A DNA stretch of 63,883 nt, the filler included, from Circinaria calcarea (lineage: Eukaryota), in NCBI GenBank assembly GCA_051942165.1. It is 17 parts of 17 records of this genome, joined end to end, with 100 filler letters (N's around TTAATTAATTAA, not from the genome) between each part and the next. Parts side by side here need not be neighbours in the genome. Positions count along the whole stretch, not along the records: positions 1 to 3,673 come from JAVECS010002678.1; positions 3,774 to 7,446 come from JAVECS010002679.1; positions 7,547 to 11,216 come from JAVECS010002680.1; 14 more parts are not named here. One strand, given 5' to 3'. The notes beneath the pieces were generated by a model. The model saw only the letters and a program-made list of their open reading frames with translations. It did not search any database and was not told the DNA's origin. Below are positions 1 to 11,316 of the stretch, piece by piece. Position numbers and translations under genes: made by a program. The first letter of the stretch is position 1, and the number at the start of each line of letters is the position of its first letter.

Positions 1-695
1 CCAGCGATTTGTGGAGAGTATGAAGATCGATAAGGTGGTTCGGGTTGTTGGTAGGGATATGAATATGCCGAGGACGTGCTTACTTGAGATAACCGTCGAT
101 TAAATGGTTGCTCAAACGGCCGAGAGGGTACAGGAGGTGACTGAGGTGGACCAGGGTACGACGAAGTAGGTGTAACGTATGGACTTGGGGAGGGTTGACT
201 GCCATGGCTTGGTAGCTGTGTAAGGTTGGTTCCTTGGTATGCTGATGGTATATAGGGCTGGTAGCTTGAATGGTAGGTCGGACTGGCGGCGCTGTAGACC
301 GGCGTACTCTGCGGCAACGGGACTCGGACGTACTCCTGTGGATTGTAGGGCGGCTGCGATGCTGGGAGAGCTGGGAGAGGTGGTAGAGGGGCTGCGTGAT
401 GGTGATATGCTCCACCAGCGTAGAATGTGTTCCCTCCGCCAGAGCTTGGTGTCCCCATGAAGAGCTCTTCATTTTGAGTACCGGCATTGTTCCCTGTCCT
501 GTAGCCACGACTGTTCATGGGATATGGCTCCCGGCCCGTAGCATAGCTTATGTCGTCGCCAGTGTCGAAGCTCGCCTCCTGCCTCAGGAACTGCGATCGG
601 GGCGGAATATAGCCACCATAGCGATTGGGTTCGGGTGATCCATGCAGAGTGGTGTGCTGGCCTCTGAATGGTTGGCCGTTCTGTTGAGAGGCCAT
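1..695 (-). CDS. N-terminal Pro/Ser/Tyr/Gln-rich region of a large protein, 3'-truncated by the contig end; tentatively a Rho GEF (Tus1/Rgf3-like) N-terminus
   Basis: Hand translation from ATG at 695 gives a stop-free frame to base 1 (MASQQNGQPF...RQEASFDTGDDISY...NEELFMG...YNPQEY...YQPYIPSAY). It is absent from the ORF track because it has no stop. The Rho-GEF identity rests only on recalled SFDxGDD/EELF/YNPQ motifs and is weak; coding status is much firmer. Confidence 0.6.
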   Translation of the reverse strand, partial: MASQQNGQPFRGQHTTLHGSPEPNRYGGYIPPRSQFLRQEASFDTGDDISYATGREPYPMNSRGYRTGNNAGTQNEELFMGTPSSGGGNTFYAGGAYHHHAAPLPPLPALPASQPPYNPQEYVRVPLPQSTPVYSAASPTYHSSYQPYIPSAYQGTNLTQLPSHGSQPSPSPYVTPTSSYPGPPQSPPVPSRPFEQPFNRRLSQVSTSSAYSYPYQQPEPPYRSSYSPQIA

Positions 696-1744
696 TCGAA
701 TTCCGAAGCTTCAGGCCCTTTGTACCAACAGTGTTGTATTCCCACGCCGGCTTCTGGCCACCCCACAACCCTGTTCACTTGCCCCAGCTATTCGCATTAG
801 ACGCCGCTGTATAGGAGCCCTTCCCTGAACCCGAGGCACTTTGATATTGGCCTTGGTACGTGATGCGACTGATCGTAAGCTTGTACCACTGGTTGGGCAT
901 TCTATCATGTCATCCTGTCGCGCCAACAGCGACAAGGAGCCGAAGAAGTAGCGAACGCGGGCGGCGAGTCTTCTGATGAAGGGAAAAGCCTCACAGGTCC
1001 TTTTCAGCGCCTCTCTACTGTGGTAGATGCAGCTACCAAGCCCAGCTGCAGAGTGTCGTATTCGAGAATCGCATTGGCCATGAAAAACCTGGGCAAGGAT
1101 TACGCATTCGTATTAGTCTAGCCTCATCGGGGTATATTTTGGGGTCGACGGCGTTCTTTACATCCTTCAAGTCGCGGAAATGTGGTAAAATTACTTGAAT
1201 TCTTAAGGTGCCCCGTGCACGAGCAGAGGGTTGATACTTGATAGGTGGACCTCAGGATTCCGCCTTGGCCAGCAGAAGAAGGTCGTACTTCAGGCCGCAT
1301 ACTTCAAACGTGTTTCGCCGTACAATCGCGCATGCCCTCGGAATTGCTACTCTTTATCTCGATAGGGATATCCAGAAGATGGACCCCGTCTCCAAAACTT
1401 CGGCCTTATGGGCAGATTCTCCAACTTCCCCTTTCGTGTCGAAAGTCTCCTACACTCATGTCCGGTTCCTGTTTCATTCAGAGTCTTTTTGACAATTGTT
1501 GAAATAGACGTCGTAGGTTTCTATACCAAACGACAAGACCTGCCCAACAGAGATGAATTCGTTATCTTTGCGGGGTATCGCCTTTCGACCAGGGAAGTTG
1601 GTTTCCGAGGGAGTCAATGGATGCGGTGCTCCCATTGACATTTGGCATATTCTCCTTGGTCTTCTCCCTCTTTACTGACACTTTGAAAGCGCGTCTGTGT
1701 TTTGCAATACATTTCATCTCCCCAGTTTGACAGCATCTGACGCT

Positions 1745-2821
1745 ATGGCTCCTTCAACTATCGATCCTAATCCCCCAGCTCCAGGCAAGGACTTGGATGA
1801 CACCTCTAATACATTTCAATCCCGCGCCTTAATTGGCAAAGTACCTAATCATTGGCTTCACTCTCCATCGCCACCTTTATTCGATCTCACCCGTCCTACA
1901 CCTCCTGAGTTTGCCGTACCATCCCCAGATGCATCAATTAAGCTCCAGACCACCACAACTCCTATCATCATTTCGCCGGCCTTGACAGCTCTGGTTATCA
2001 TAGACATGCAAAATTTCTTCCTCTCGACCTCCCTTGGCCGTGCAGTAGACGGAGCTGGCAACATGGCTGGCCAGCGCCTACTCGAAACTGCTATTCCAGC
2101 AGCACGGAAGGCCGGTATTCGGGTGATATGGCTGAACTGGGGTTTGACGGACAATGAGGTTGAGAATATGCCTGCCAGCACCCGACGAGCATTTGGATTC
2201 GAAGCTGCTTTGAGTCATGAAACGAAAACGAAAGGCTTCCCGACCATTGATGCCCACGGAGTAAATCAAGTCGCAGCAGAACAAGTAATGCAAGGCAAGA
2301 ATGGGAACAACCAAACACAAAATCTAATGGAAAAAAGCAAGCCAACCCGTATTTACAAAGGACTGGGCAGCGAGATTGGACCTGTAAAATTAGAAGACGG
2401 GTCTACTGTTGACGGTGGAAGACTGCTGATGAGGGATACGTGGAACGCCGCTTTACCGCCAGGTCTTGATGCGTCATACCAAGAAGGTAAGAAGCTGGCT
2501 CAGAACCCCGATGTTTGGATCCACAAGACCCGTATGTCCGGCTTATGGGGATCGAGTACTCCGTGCACCGATTTCCTCGAAAAGGAGGGTATCAAGACTC
2601 TATTGTTTGCAGGCGTCAATACCGACCAGTGCGTGGCCGGGAGTCTACAAGACGCTTTCAGCAAGGGGTGGGATTGTATCCTGTTAAAGGACGCATGTGG
2701 GACTACCAGTCCGAGTTTTGCTAGCAAGGCCGTCGAATTCAACTGTGAGAGGACCTGGGGGTTCCTCAGTGATTGCAAGGATTTGGAGATGGGGGTGGAG
2801 GGTATGCTGAGTGAAAGATAG
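1745..2821 (+). CDS. Isochorismatase-family cysteine hydrolase
   Basis: Single-exon ORF with ALVIIDMQNFF, HKTRMSG and GVNTDQCV...DAF, giving the D-K-C triad. First ATG is at 1745. Confidence 0.9.
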   Translation: MAPSTIDPNPPAPGKDLDDTSNTFQSRALIGKVPNHWLHSPSPPLFDLTRPTPPEFAVPSPDASIKLQTTTTPIIISPALTALVIIDMQNFFLSTSLGRAVDGAGNMAGQRLLETAIPAARKAGIRVIWLNWGLTDNEVENMPASTRRAFGFEAALSHETKTKGFPTIDAHGVNQVAAEQVMQGKNGNNQTQNLMEKSKPTRIYKGLGSEIGPVKLEDGSTVDGGRLLMRDTWNAALPPGLDASYQEGKKLAQNPDVWIHKTRMSGLWGSSTPCTDFLEKEGIKTLLFAGVNTDQCVAGSLQDAFSKGWDCILLKDACGTTSPSFASKAVEFNCERTWGFLSDCKDLEMGVEGMLSER

Positions 2822-3123
2822 CAGCAGTCACTTATATCTACCTTCGTACTGAATTCCAGAAAATCAAACAAACCACGCCGCCAGAAAGCCGAACAATAGT
2901 TTTGAGAGACGTTGACAAGTAACCCTACCCGATCAGCTGTACTGTCGCCTTCCCCTCGTATCCTTTAGCCGCAATCCAACGTAAAATTTCATCATATGTC
3001 GTATTAAGTGGGGTGAAATCGCCAACAAAAAGAGACAATACCAGATTCTCAACTTCAATTCTTTGCAAACCGAACAAAAGTCCAATTTTGCTGATTAGAA
3101 AATCTCCCATCATCTTCCCCATC

Positions 3124-3584
3124 ATGACAAGCTCTTTGGAACAGCTCAAGGCCACCGGCACGGTAACCAACCCACCCCTCCCTATGCCCCTCCCCCCACC
3201 CATGGATGTGTTATCGTCGAGCTCCCACGCTGTGGCAGCAGCCTCCATGGGAATGTTTCCGAGAGAGTACTAGGCTGACCGATCTGTGTTTGATTCAAAG
3301 GTCGTGGTGTGCGATTCCGGTGAGCATCCAAGGAGCATCGTGCCCGGGACTGGAAACAATGACTGACGGACAACTTAGGTGACTTTGCAAGTAAGCGTCC
3401 TTGGCTCTTCGATGATTCCACCGGCATTGCTCCTCCAGTAGGATGAATCCTGACACGTACTGAAGCAATCGGCAAATACAAGCCGCAAGATGCGACCACC
3501 AATCCCTCGCTCATCCTCGCTGCCTCGAAGAAGGCTGATTATGCAAAGTTGATCGATTTGGCTGTCGAGTATGGAAAGGAACAT
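3124..3584 (+). CDS. TAL1: Transaldolase, 5' part (4 exons, truncated by the contig end)
   Basis: Exons 3124-3162, 3301-3319, 3379-3390 and 3466-3584 with GT-AG introns splice to [63 protein letters not shown], which contains the transaldolase [10 protein letters not shown] signature. Confidence 0.97.
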
Positions 3585-3673
3585 GTCAGTCACCATGGGA
3601 CCCTTCGATCGAACTTGTAGCATCGACTATGGCCGAAGCGGGACAACAAAAACATGGCGGCTGACTTGAAAAC

Positions 3674-3773
3674 NNNNNNNNNNNNNNNNNNNNNNNNNNN
3701 NNNNNNNNNNNNNNNNNTTAATTAATTAANNNNNNNNNNNNNNNNNNNNNNNNNNNNNNNNNNNNNNNNNNNN
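3674..3773. other. Artificial contig-joining spacer (first of 16)
   Basis: 44 N + TTAATTAATTAA (stops in all six frames) + 44 N. Identical spacers start at 3674, 7447, 11217, 14986, 18755, 22522, 26288, 30053, 33818, 37580, 41342, 45101, 48859, 52617, 56375 and 60130. Confidence 0.99.
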
Positions 3774-4574
3774 GCTCTACACTTTTATAAACCGGGATGC
3801 TGGTGCCCGCGAACGCTGACCGAATCCGACGAAGAATGGGACCCTAACAACGACGAGCTCAATCTAACTCTAGAGTTCCGTTACGAGCTGCTAGACCACC
3901 CCTACATCGAGATACCGCTGGTCTTTGTTAACCACGAGGCCCGCGCCATTGCCCTTGCTTGGGTGCGCAACCAGGGCATCGAGACACACTTCCGCGACGA
4001 CGACGACGGTGACAGTGATGACAGCAGACAACAGCAACACCGCCCCATCTTTTTCGTGCGCCCATTCGACCCATTGTATGACGCGGTGTATGTTGCGCCC
4101 GATCAATGGAACGAATTTATGTTCTCGTCTTTCGAGCGAGGCATGGAACCAGATCTCCAAGGAAAATCGGTTGACGTTTGTCCGAACATCACGCGCATCG
4201 CCGTGCCAGAGGCGCTGCTGCTTCAGCGTGACGATGGTGGCGGCGGCGACCCATTTTCCGAGCTTTTCGTATATTACTGGTGGGCGAAAGTGCTATTCGT
4301 TGTCCTCAGCGACGTGCAGCGAGGGCTGCTATGGGAGGTCGATGAGACAACGACACGCCGGGCTAGAGCCCTCGTTTGGGATGCCGAAAATGGCCGCTTT
4401 GATTATTCAACAAAGGACAGAGATGGCGAATGCATTATTGGAGTCTGTGACGAGGCCCTGGAAAGGCGAATGGAGGAGGTCGGCCAAATCGTAAGCGAAA
4501 CGCTAATTACTAATCGCGAACGGGGTTACAATGTCAGCTTCGAGATTCGGCCTGTCGTTGCCGTGGCAAGATGA
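3774..4574 (+). CDS. Fungal 2EXR-like hypothetical protein, 5'-truncated
   Basis: Frame is open from the first base of the contig: ALHFYKPGCWCPR...LEFRYELLD...PLVFVNHEARAIALAW. The L-x-V-N-x-E-A-R motif is typical of 2EXR domains. It continues into ORF 3963-4574. Confidence 0.7.
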   Translation, partial: ALHFYKPGCWCPRTLTESDEEWDPNNDELNLTLEFRYELLDHPYIEIPLVFVNHEARAIALAWVRNQGIETHFRDDDDGDSDDSRQQQHRPIFFVRPFDPLYDAVYVAPDQWNEFMFSSFERGMEPDLQGKSVDVCPNITRIAVPEALLLQRDDGGGGDPFSELFVYYWWAKVLFVVLSDVQRGLLWEVDETTTRRARALVWDAENGRFDYSTKDRDGECIIGVCDEALERRMEEVGQIVSETLITNRERGYNVSFEIRPVVAVAR

Positions 4575-4829
4575 ATAAACGGGGCTTTGCTAGCATGTGC
4601 GGGAAATACGCAAAGACGCTCTATTGACTTTCTCCAAGACGGCGAGGTAGGAACTCGTATGAGTGATACTGACGGCTTTTCCTGCGACCGACGACACGGT
4701 ACTGTGCTGTATCGGGGGAAGCTTTATTACTTGGATGTTACTCGGGTCTCCTGAGAATATCTGCGATAACTAGCGATTGCACAAATGGTGCAAGAATTCG
4801 GTCTTGTCGTGGTGTATCGAGTTGCAAAT

Positions 4830-6060
4830 GATTCGGATTATTTGATCGACTGATTGTAATACTTTGAAACTATTCGGCGATATGGGCGATAGCTGAGTTG
4901 AGCCGCAGGTGTGCGAGATCTCTTATATTCAACCAACCTACTTTGGTGTAATATAGAGGGCATTATATATACGTCTTCAAACGGTCTGATTAAAGGATAA
5001 TTAAAATATGGAGCGAAAGGCGCGCACCCAGCACTCAATTAACTTCAAATTTTATAAATCGGTTTTTGACGCGCCCTTTTCTATCTCGTTTTAAATTCCA
5101 ATGCATACCACATCCTCCATTATCTCACAGCCAGGCCCCCAACCCCATCTCTTTCCCATCCCCTTCCTGCCCACGCGCTTGATAAAAAAATAGCGACCCG
5201 AGAAGTTGCCAATTGTAATTACTGTGGTCCTTCCAATAAGAGACCACAGAGCGCGGCACGGATTAATGGGGTCGCCGAGGTTTTGCCGGACAAGCACCAA
5301 AAATCGAATTATATACCAGTCGGCAAAACTTTCGGAGACCCATACTGCTGCTCTGCCCGTCCGGGAACCATTTAGGTACCCAGTATCGTCGTCGTTGCCG
5401 CACATTTTGAGCGAGAGTAGTATTATATTAGCGTTCATAAGCTCTGTTACAGCTCCTATGTCAGCCCCGGCGGCTCTCACTGCGGCTTCGGCTTCGTAGG
5501 CGGCTACGAGAATTCCTTAGCAATAATTCATACGATTATGCGAACCCATTGAGCTCATTATCACACAATTCACCGACCCTTATCGTAAGATCATTATATT
5601 ATTCGTGAAGGATCCTTACATTATTTATGGGAGCCAGGAGGCAACACCCAGAGATGTAAATATAAACTGTTAAATAGAGAGCCAAGCACACCGTGTGCTA
5701 TGCAGAAGTTCTGTATTGCCCGTATTAGTACTAGCGTGGGCTGCAGAGTTTTCCCCTTCGCTTCGCACTTTGCGAACCACAGAACTTACACACGACGTTA
5801 CACAATATATCGACTATTGCGTACATTTCCAATACCGTCTCAATGCATTGCTTAAGCCACTTCATGCTGAACCTTTAACATAAACGAATTAATTAAAGAA
5901 TTTTGCTAATAAAAATAGCGAAAAGCTTTCAACCTGCTGTTATTTTTAAAATATTTGTTCGAATATTAAAACCAATTGAAAACCGTCGTGCTTAATTTGA
6001 TTTTATAAAATAAAATCAAATTCGTTCTTTTCGAACGTTGGACTTAGTATATTATGGAGG
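4830..6060. mobile_element. AT/TpA-rich degenerate repeat relic (RIP-like)
   Basis: Visible shift to TA-rich sequence with no credible ORF. It contains TACGTCTTCAAACGGTCTG (4970-4988), which recurs on another contig. Boundaries are approximate. Confidence 0.4.
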
Positions 6061-7122
6061 CAGAGTTCGGCGAGGCATATAGGGGTTCGGCACTGAAAAG
6101 GCTTTTGTAGGACTACAGCAAATCACAGCTAATCTGTGAGTGGAATGATTTTTATTTTCTAGGCTGGAACCCCTCATCTCATACTATCAAAATGACGCAC
6201 CTTCCTCGGTGGGTTAGGAAGTCGCTCCACAACACGTATATATATCAACGCATATATATATAGCAAGGGGGGGGAGGGGCAAAAAACGTGTGCGAAATTT
6301 AAAAAAACTAAAAACCAAAAACCAAATTTTTTTCCCCCTCCACATACCCCCGATTTCCAAACCCACGACGGTATGAGAGATTTTATTTGCGGGTTGGGTT
6401 TTTTGATGAGAGGCTATCGAGGCTGCTGCGCGGGGGCAGAAGACAACGCAGGCAGACCAGCACCAAGGCCAGGCTAATAAGGTCCCTTTTCGTTCGAGAG
6501 GGAGTTTGTTGGGAAGGCGCCCTATGGACCGGACTAGGCCTAGCGTTTAGTGTCGTTCATGTACAAGGAGCGAGTCTCCCACATGGCAAATCCACAGCCA
6601 TTTCACACATATTCAACAATGGTCATGGTCATGGTAATGATCATGGTCGACGTGTGTAGGTCTCCCCATGAGGATAGGATAGGGACGTGGAGATACTAGA
6701 TTGGGGTTTTGATGATTTGGTTTAGAACTCTATATAGGAAAAGGAAAAGATTTTAATTGAGCATGTTTTATTCCATTAACATTCTAAATACCGTCTATCC
6801 CTTCTTGATCTATAATATTTGGCTCGCTTAAGTGCAGCAGGCAAAAAGAACAAGAAGAAAAGGGGTCAGAAAGCAGCGCAAAGCTTACTACCTGCCTCGG
6901 ATTAGACTTGATAAAGACCTGTCATATTAACATGAGAACTAATGGTGTAAATATCCCGGATTTCCATCCGAGTACACCATCTTCACCAAGGAGAGTGACA
7001 TGCATCAGTTGGACTAGACAAAGCCACAACTGTTTATCCTCCGCCGTAATCATGCCATCGTCACATTACTCCAGGGGTCAGCAACAAGAGAGGATTTCTC
7101 GTAACCATTACTGACATGAGAT

Positions 7123-7446
7123 TCATGCAGCACCAGCGGTGGCGACCGGCTCACTGATCTTCGTAACCTGGTTACCCGCGCGGATGATCTGCTGTCCCTG
7201 GTCGTCCTTGACATACTCGATATCCTTATTTTCCCTTTGGGCCCTCTTCCAGATTTCCACCTCACATCCTCCACGAATCACACCTACTCGCATCGTACTG
7301 AGTAGGTTGTGCGCCGCGTTGCTGTGCATGTAGACTCCGCCGTTGAAGATGGCAGTAGCATCCTTGCCAATACCAGAGCTGATCATAGCCTTTCCACCTG
7401 GATGGCTCTTGATGAAGTCAGTGACATCATGGACAACACCTGCAAC
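7123..7446 (-). CDS. OLE1: Delta-9 fatty acid desaturase, C-terminal cytochrome b5 domain (5'-truncated)
   Basis: [71 protein letters not shown] haem motif plus the characteristic fungal Ole1 tail. Confidence 0.95.
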   Translation of the reverse strand, partial: VAGVVHDVTDFIKSHPGGKAMISSGIGKDATAIFNGGVYMHSNAAHNLLSTMRVGVIRGGCEVEIWKRAQRENKDIEYVKDDQGQQIIRAGNQVTKISEPVATAGAA

Positions 7447-8272
7447 NNNNNNNNNNNNNNNNNNNNNNNNNNNNNNNNNNNNNNNNNNNNTTAATTAATT
7501 AANNNNNNNNNNNNNNNNNNNNNNNNNNNNNNNNNNNNNNNNNNNNTTGTCAAGAGTGTTGAGGAAGCACTGAAGATGACGGAGTTGGAGAGTCTAGACG
7601 ATTGGGATAGAGATCACCCCGATCATGGCGGATGAGGGAGTGGTATACTGGACTCTCTATTAGCGTTTTCCCTGCCTTACCAATGGCGGAGGATTCTGTG
7701 GCATCGAGCGTTTCTGACACGCACGATCTAGGCTTGAGGTTAGCGGGCATGGTTTGTTCGTTGTCAGTCTGCACTTGGGCAAAAATTGCTCGCCATGCTC
7801 TAGAACTCGGGCTCGCTCCAAGTTTCCTAACCTCGTGTATCGACACGTCTCATTACATCAAAGATACCCCCTTGTAAACAACATCGCTTAAGGAACTTGC
7901 AATGTGTTAAATCCACACGTGTGTCTACTGTGGTGGTTCTGTTCCCAATGAGTTTCAGAAAGAACCAGGAAAATGGAATTTGAGGTTACTTCAGACAACG
8001 GAGGGTAGTCCCTTTGGTACCTTACTTATTCTCCGATACTGTATTGCACCTATAAATAATCCTGCCTGCACCATCGAATCAAAACTGACACGGATCCCAG
8101 ACTACGCAAGCCCTAATTTTCAAGACAAACCCCAAAGCCTGGGGATAAGCGAACTCTAAATCCACCATCATCGCACCTCCCAGATTAAAACACCAAAAAA
8201 AGAACCTCCCCACCAATCGACACCCTGTTCCAGAGCCCTCGCGTTCCACGACTCACTCTCTCGTATGCCAAA

Positions 8273-10046
8273 ATGCATTTCCTCTCCTTCCTCATCCTCA
8301 CCACCACTCCCTTGCTCCCAATGGGATTCGCCACCGCGTCCAATCTGCAGACCATACGCTCGCTGGACAAAGAGCCCGTGTTGCATTTTCCAATATCCCG
8401 GCGCGGCGGCGCGTTTGCCAATTGGGACATTGGGATGGAAGTTGCCGATCTGACGTACTTGGAGGAAGAGTTGCGGAGGGTGGAAGAGAGGTATAATCTC
8501 ACAAGGAGGGAGGCCAAAGGGAACAAGTTGGTGAGGAGGGCGAAAGAGAAGGGTGTTGGGGGGAATGAGGTTGGCAAGTTGATGGGGGAAGTGGCAGGGG
8601 ATGGGCGGTGGTAGGACAATTTTTCTCGGCAATTAGACCTTCAGAGGTCTTTTGAGACCTCTCTGCTGATTTGTCATGCAGGTACGCCAACATTGGCATT
8701 GGCGAGCCACCGCAACCGATTGAGATGGACTTGGACTTGCTCACCTCGGACTTTTACGTTCTCACTACCACGAGTGCTAGAGGGAGTAAATATGTCGATC
8801 TCTTTTCCAAAGCCAATGGTATTTATGCATTTCCAAGCCACTCTCTGCAAAACTCACTAAACGAGCATCACAGTCAAGTCCCATGCCCATCCTTTTCCTG
8901 GCTGCGGTCTTCCAACGGATTCCATTTATCTGCCTCAAACAGACGACTCTGTACCTCTTGCCTTCGCATACTGTCACCCTTCCAAATCTTCTGCTGCTAC
9001 TCTTGGCCCTTCCGGTAGCCTGCTGGGACTCGCTCCGTCTGAACATCTTAGGCAAATGGCCTCACCTACTTTTCTCAAGCAGCTATTGGATAAAGGCGTG
9101 ATCCGAAGGAATGTGTTCTCCATATTACTAATTAACGGCAATGAAGGTGTGTTGAGTATCGGAGGCACAGCAGCCCAAGCAATACGGTTGGTTGAGCAAC
9201 AAACCAGAGACGAGCTGGATCGTGTCGGTATGGCTGAAGCAGGACTTAATAAGCACCAAGAACTCCTAAAAAGAGGATCTGAAGACGTGACTAGCATCTA
9301 TACCCGCGGATCAGATTGGCGCGAAGGTTGGAGTTGGAGCAAAGTTCAGGGCGCAGAAGGCTGGTGGCAGGTCTTGATGCAAGGAGTCCTTGTTGACGGC
9401 GTTAGAGTGCTCAAGAACCAACCGGTCGTCATTGACGTGAGTGGCATCTTGTCCTTCACTTGAACCTCTTACTTACCACCTACATTTCCTACCTTTCTAA
9501 CCCACAACCTCTAGATTAATTCTCCCTTTATTCTTGCACCTCCCTTTGCCGCTCGTGCCTTCTATGCCTCGATCTCCGGCTCCCTCCCCTTGGCTTCCTC
9601 ACCCTTCTACCTCTTCCCGTGCCTAAATCCTCCAGTTCTGGAATTCGAGTTTGAAGGTGGAACCTTTCCAGTACTTCAAGGTAGCAAAGGCGCGGACTGG
9701 GTAGGCATGCCGGGTGGGAGACTCAATCTCGGAAGGTTGGAGGAGGGCAGTGGGTACTGCGTGGGTGCAGTTGTGGAGACCAGAATGGGCGTTGGAGAAG
9801 ACGGGGGAATGGCGGGTAATGGAATGAGAGATGTCTGGGTGTTGGGAGAAGGGTTCTTCAGAGGGGTAGGCGGAGTGTTTGATGTGAGTATTCCTATAAG
9901 CTTATCCGCCGCTGGTTCCTTTGGGGAGAGGGTATTCTTCCCAAAAGACTTGTTTCCCTTCACCACCACATGACTGAGATGGAATGCTGACTGTCCGACG
10001 CAAATTCCAGTTCAAGGACCAAAAGGTCGGATTTCGCACATACTAG
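8273..10046 (+). CDS. Secreted pepsin-like (A1) aspartic-protease homologue with non-canonical active-site motifs, 5 exons
   Basis: Signal peptide, WYANIGIGEPPQPIEMDLDLLTSDF, FSILLINGNEGVLSIGG, VVIDINSPFILAP, WVLGEGFFRGVGGVFD and last exon 10011-10046 (FKDQKVGFRTY*). Introns are GT-AG with branch sites. Confidence 0.85.
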
Positions 10047-10781
10047 GTTATCAACACGGTGGACGGTGTTATGATTGATAGAGGAAGGAGAAGACTTGCA
10101 GATTACGGTACATTGCTAGGTTCAGAGCTGATCTACAAGGGGAGAGCTGGTGCTATAGTACGACCTTGTTAGTAGATTAGCATTGGAGTAGCTTGCAGAT
10201 GTCCCTGGATGAAGTCGAAGAGAAATGGGCATGAACATATGACATGGTGCAGTGCCATACACGTTGTTCGCTTCCAATTGAAGATGGTATAGGACTACTC
10301 CGTGGGCTTAGTTAACTACAAGTCAATGAGCTTAGCGGTTTATAAGAGGTTCACACAAAGTTGACAGCTCGACAGCATTCAAGATCTGAAATGCATTTGT
10401 TTGTTTGCTTCCGGAAGGTTAGTATTCCCCTGTCGTAGTTGAACTCATGGGAGTCCTGGTGCTCTACACCTTAAGTGTCTTGAGTAAGTGTCCTACATCC
10501 AAATCAGCGAAGACTCTACGTCATTACGGAGTGCGAAACTATGCCTGGACGCAATGCATTCACATGCGCGTACCCACGGGACCTCATACCTGTTGTCGAA
10601 CCTCTTCCCATACTGTGTGTACTTCCAATTGTTACCCAAAGCTAAACATTGAGCACCCTCACGACGCCTCTTGCATCTTGCTTTGTTCTTCAGGTATTAG
10701 CCTTTCTTTGGCCATTTAATTAAACCTACAGATCCTAACTTACACGTCCTGTGCAGTTCATTCGAATCCCTTTCCGTCGAC

Positions 10782-11216
10782 ATGTCGTACGCTCAAGTCG
10801 CTGCCAAAGGCCCCAAGCAATCACCAGAAGAGGTATGTTGTCGCCCACTGTGCCTCGTATAGGGGCACTTTCCTTAGCTCCACGGTGCTAGCCTACTGAT
10901 CCCCGTATGTGTGTGGCAATGCTAACTAGACCACGTTCCTAGGCGTATGTATTTTTTTCTATCACACATTCCGTCGCCTTAACCATTGGCTTTCACCTAC
11001 TCCTCATTACTTTCAAAACCCTCCTGTCATTCCTGCAAGAGATACGTATCACAAAGCCGGCAACATGCCTCCAGTCCGCTCCCTACGCGGCAACCGACTT
11101 CGCGTCATGCAGGATGCTGATTGTCCGTTCCCCCGTTATAGACGCGCTCCGCCGCTCTCTCAGGTAGAGCATGATACCTCCTCTACCGCCTCCCTAATCG
11201 ACGTCGACTCCCCGCA
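10782..11216 (+). CDS. Conserved small fungal protein (MSYAxxAAKGPKQSPEEARAP family, recalled as OM14-like), 3'-truncated, with a 2-nt micro-exon
   Basis: Exons 10782-10832, 10943-10944 and 11142-11216 give MSYAQVAAKGPKQSPEEARAPPLSQVEHDTSSTASLIDVDSP. Both introns are GTATGT...branch...TAG. Confidence 0.85.
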
Positions 11217-11316
11217 NNNNNNNNNNNNNNNNNNNNNNNNNNNNNNNNNNNNNNNNNNNNTTAATTAATTAANNNNNNNNNNNNNNNNNNNNNNNNNNNN
11301 NNNNNNNNNNNNNNNN

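Noticed and set aside
80..935. Track ORFs at 80-508, 469-768, 584-778 and 711-935
   Set aside because: Wrong frames. The credible frame starts at 695 and runs off the contig.
2925..3623. Minus-strand ORFs 2925-3248, 3182-3514 and 3375-3623
   Set aside because: Antisense shadows of the spliced TAL1 gene and its promoter.
7549..7635. Short open frame VKSVEEALKMTELESLDDWDRDHPDHGG* at a contig start
   Set aside because: It may be a gene's 3' end, but it is too short to support or identify.
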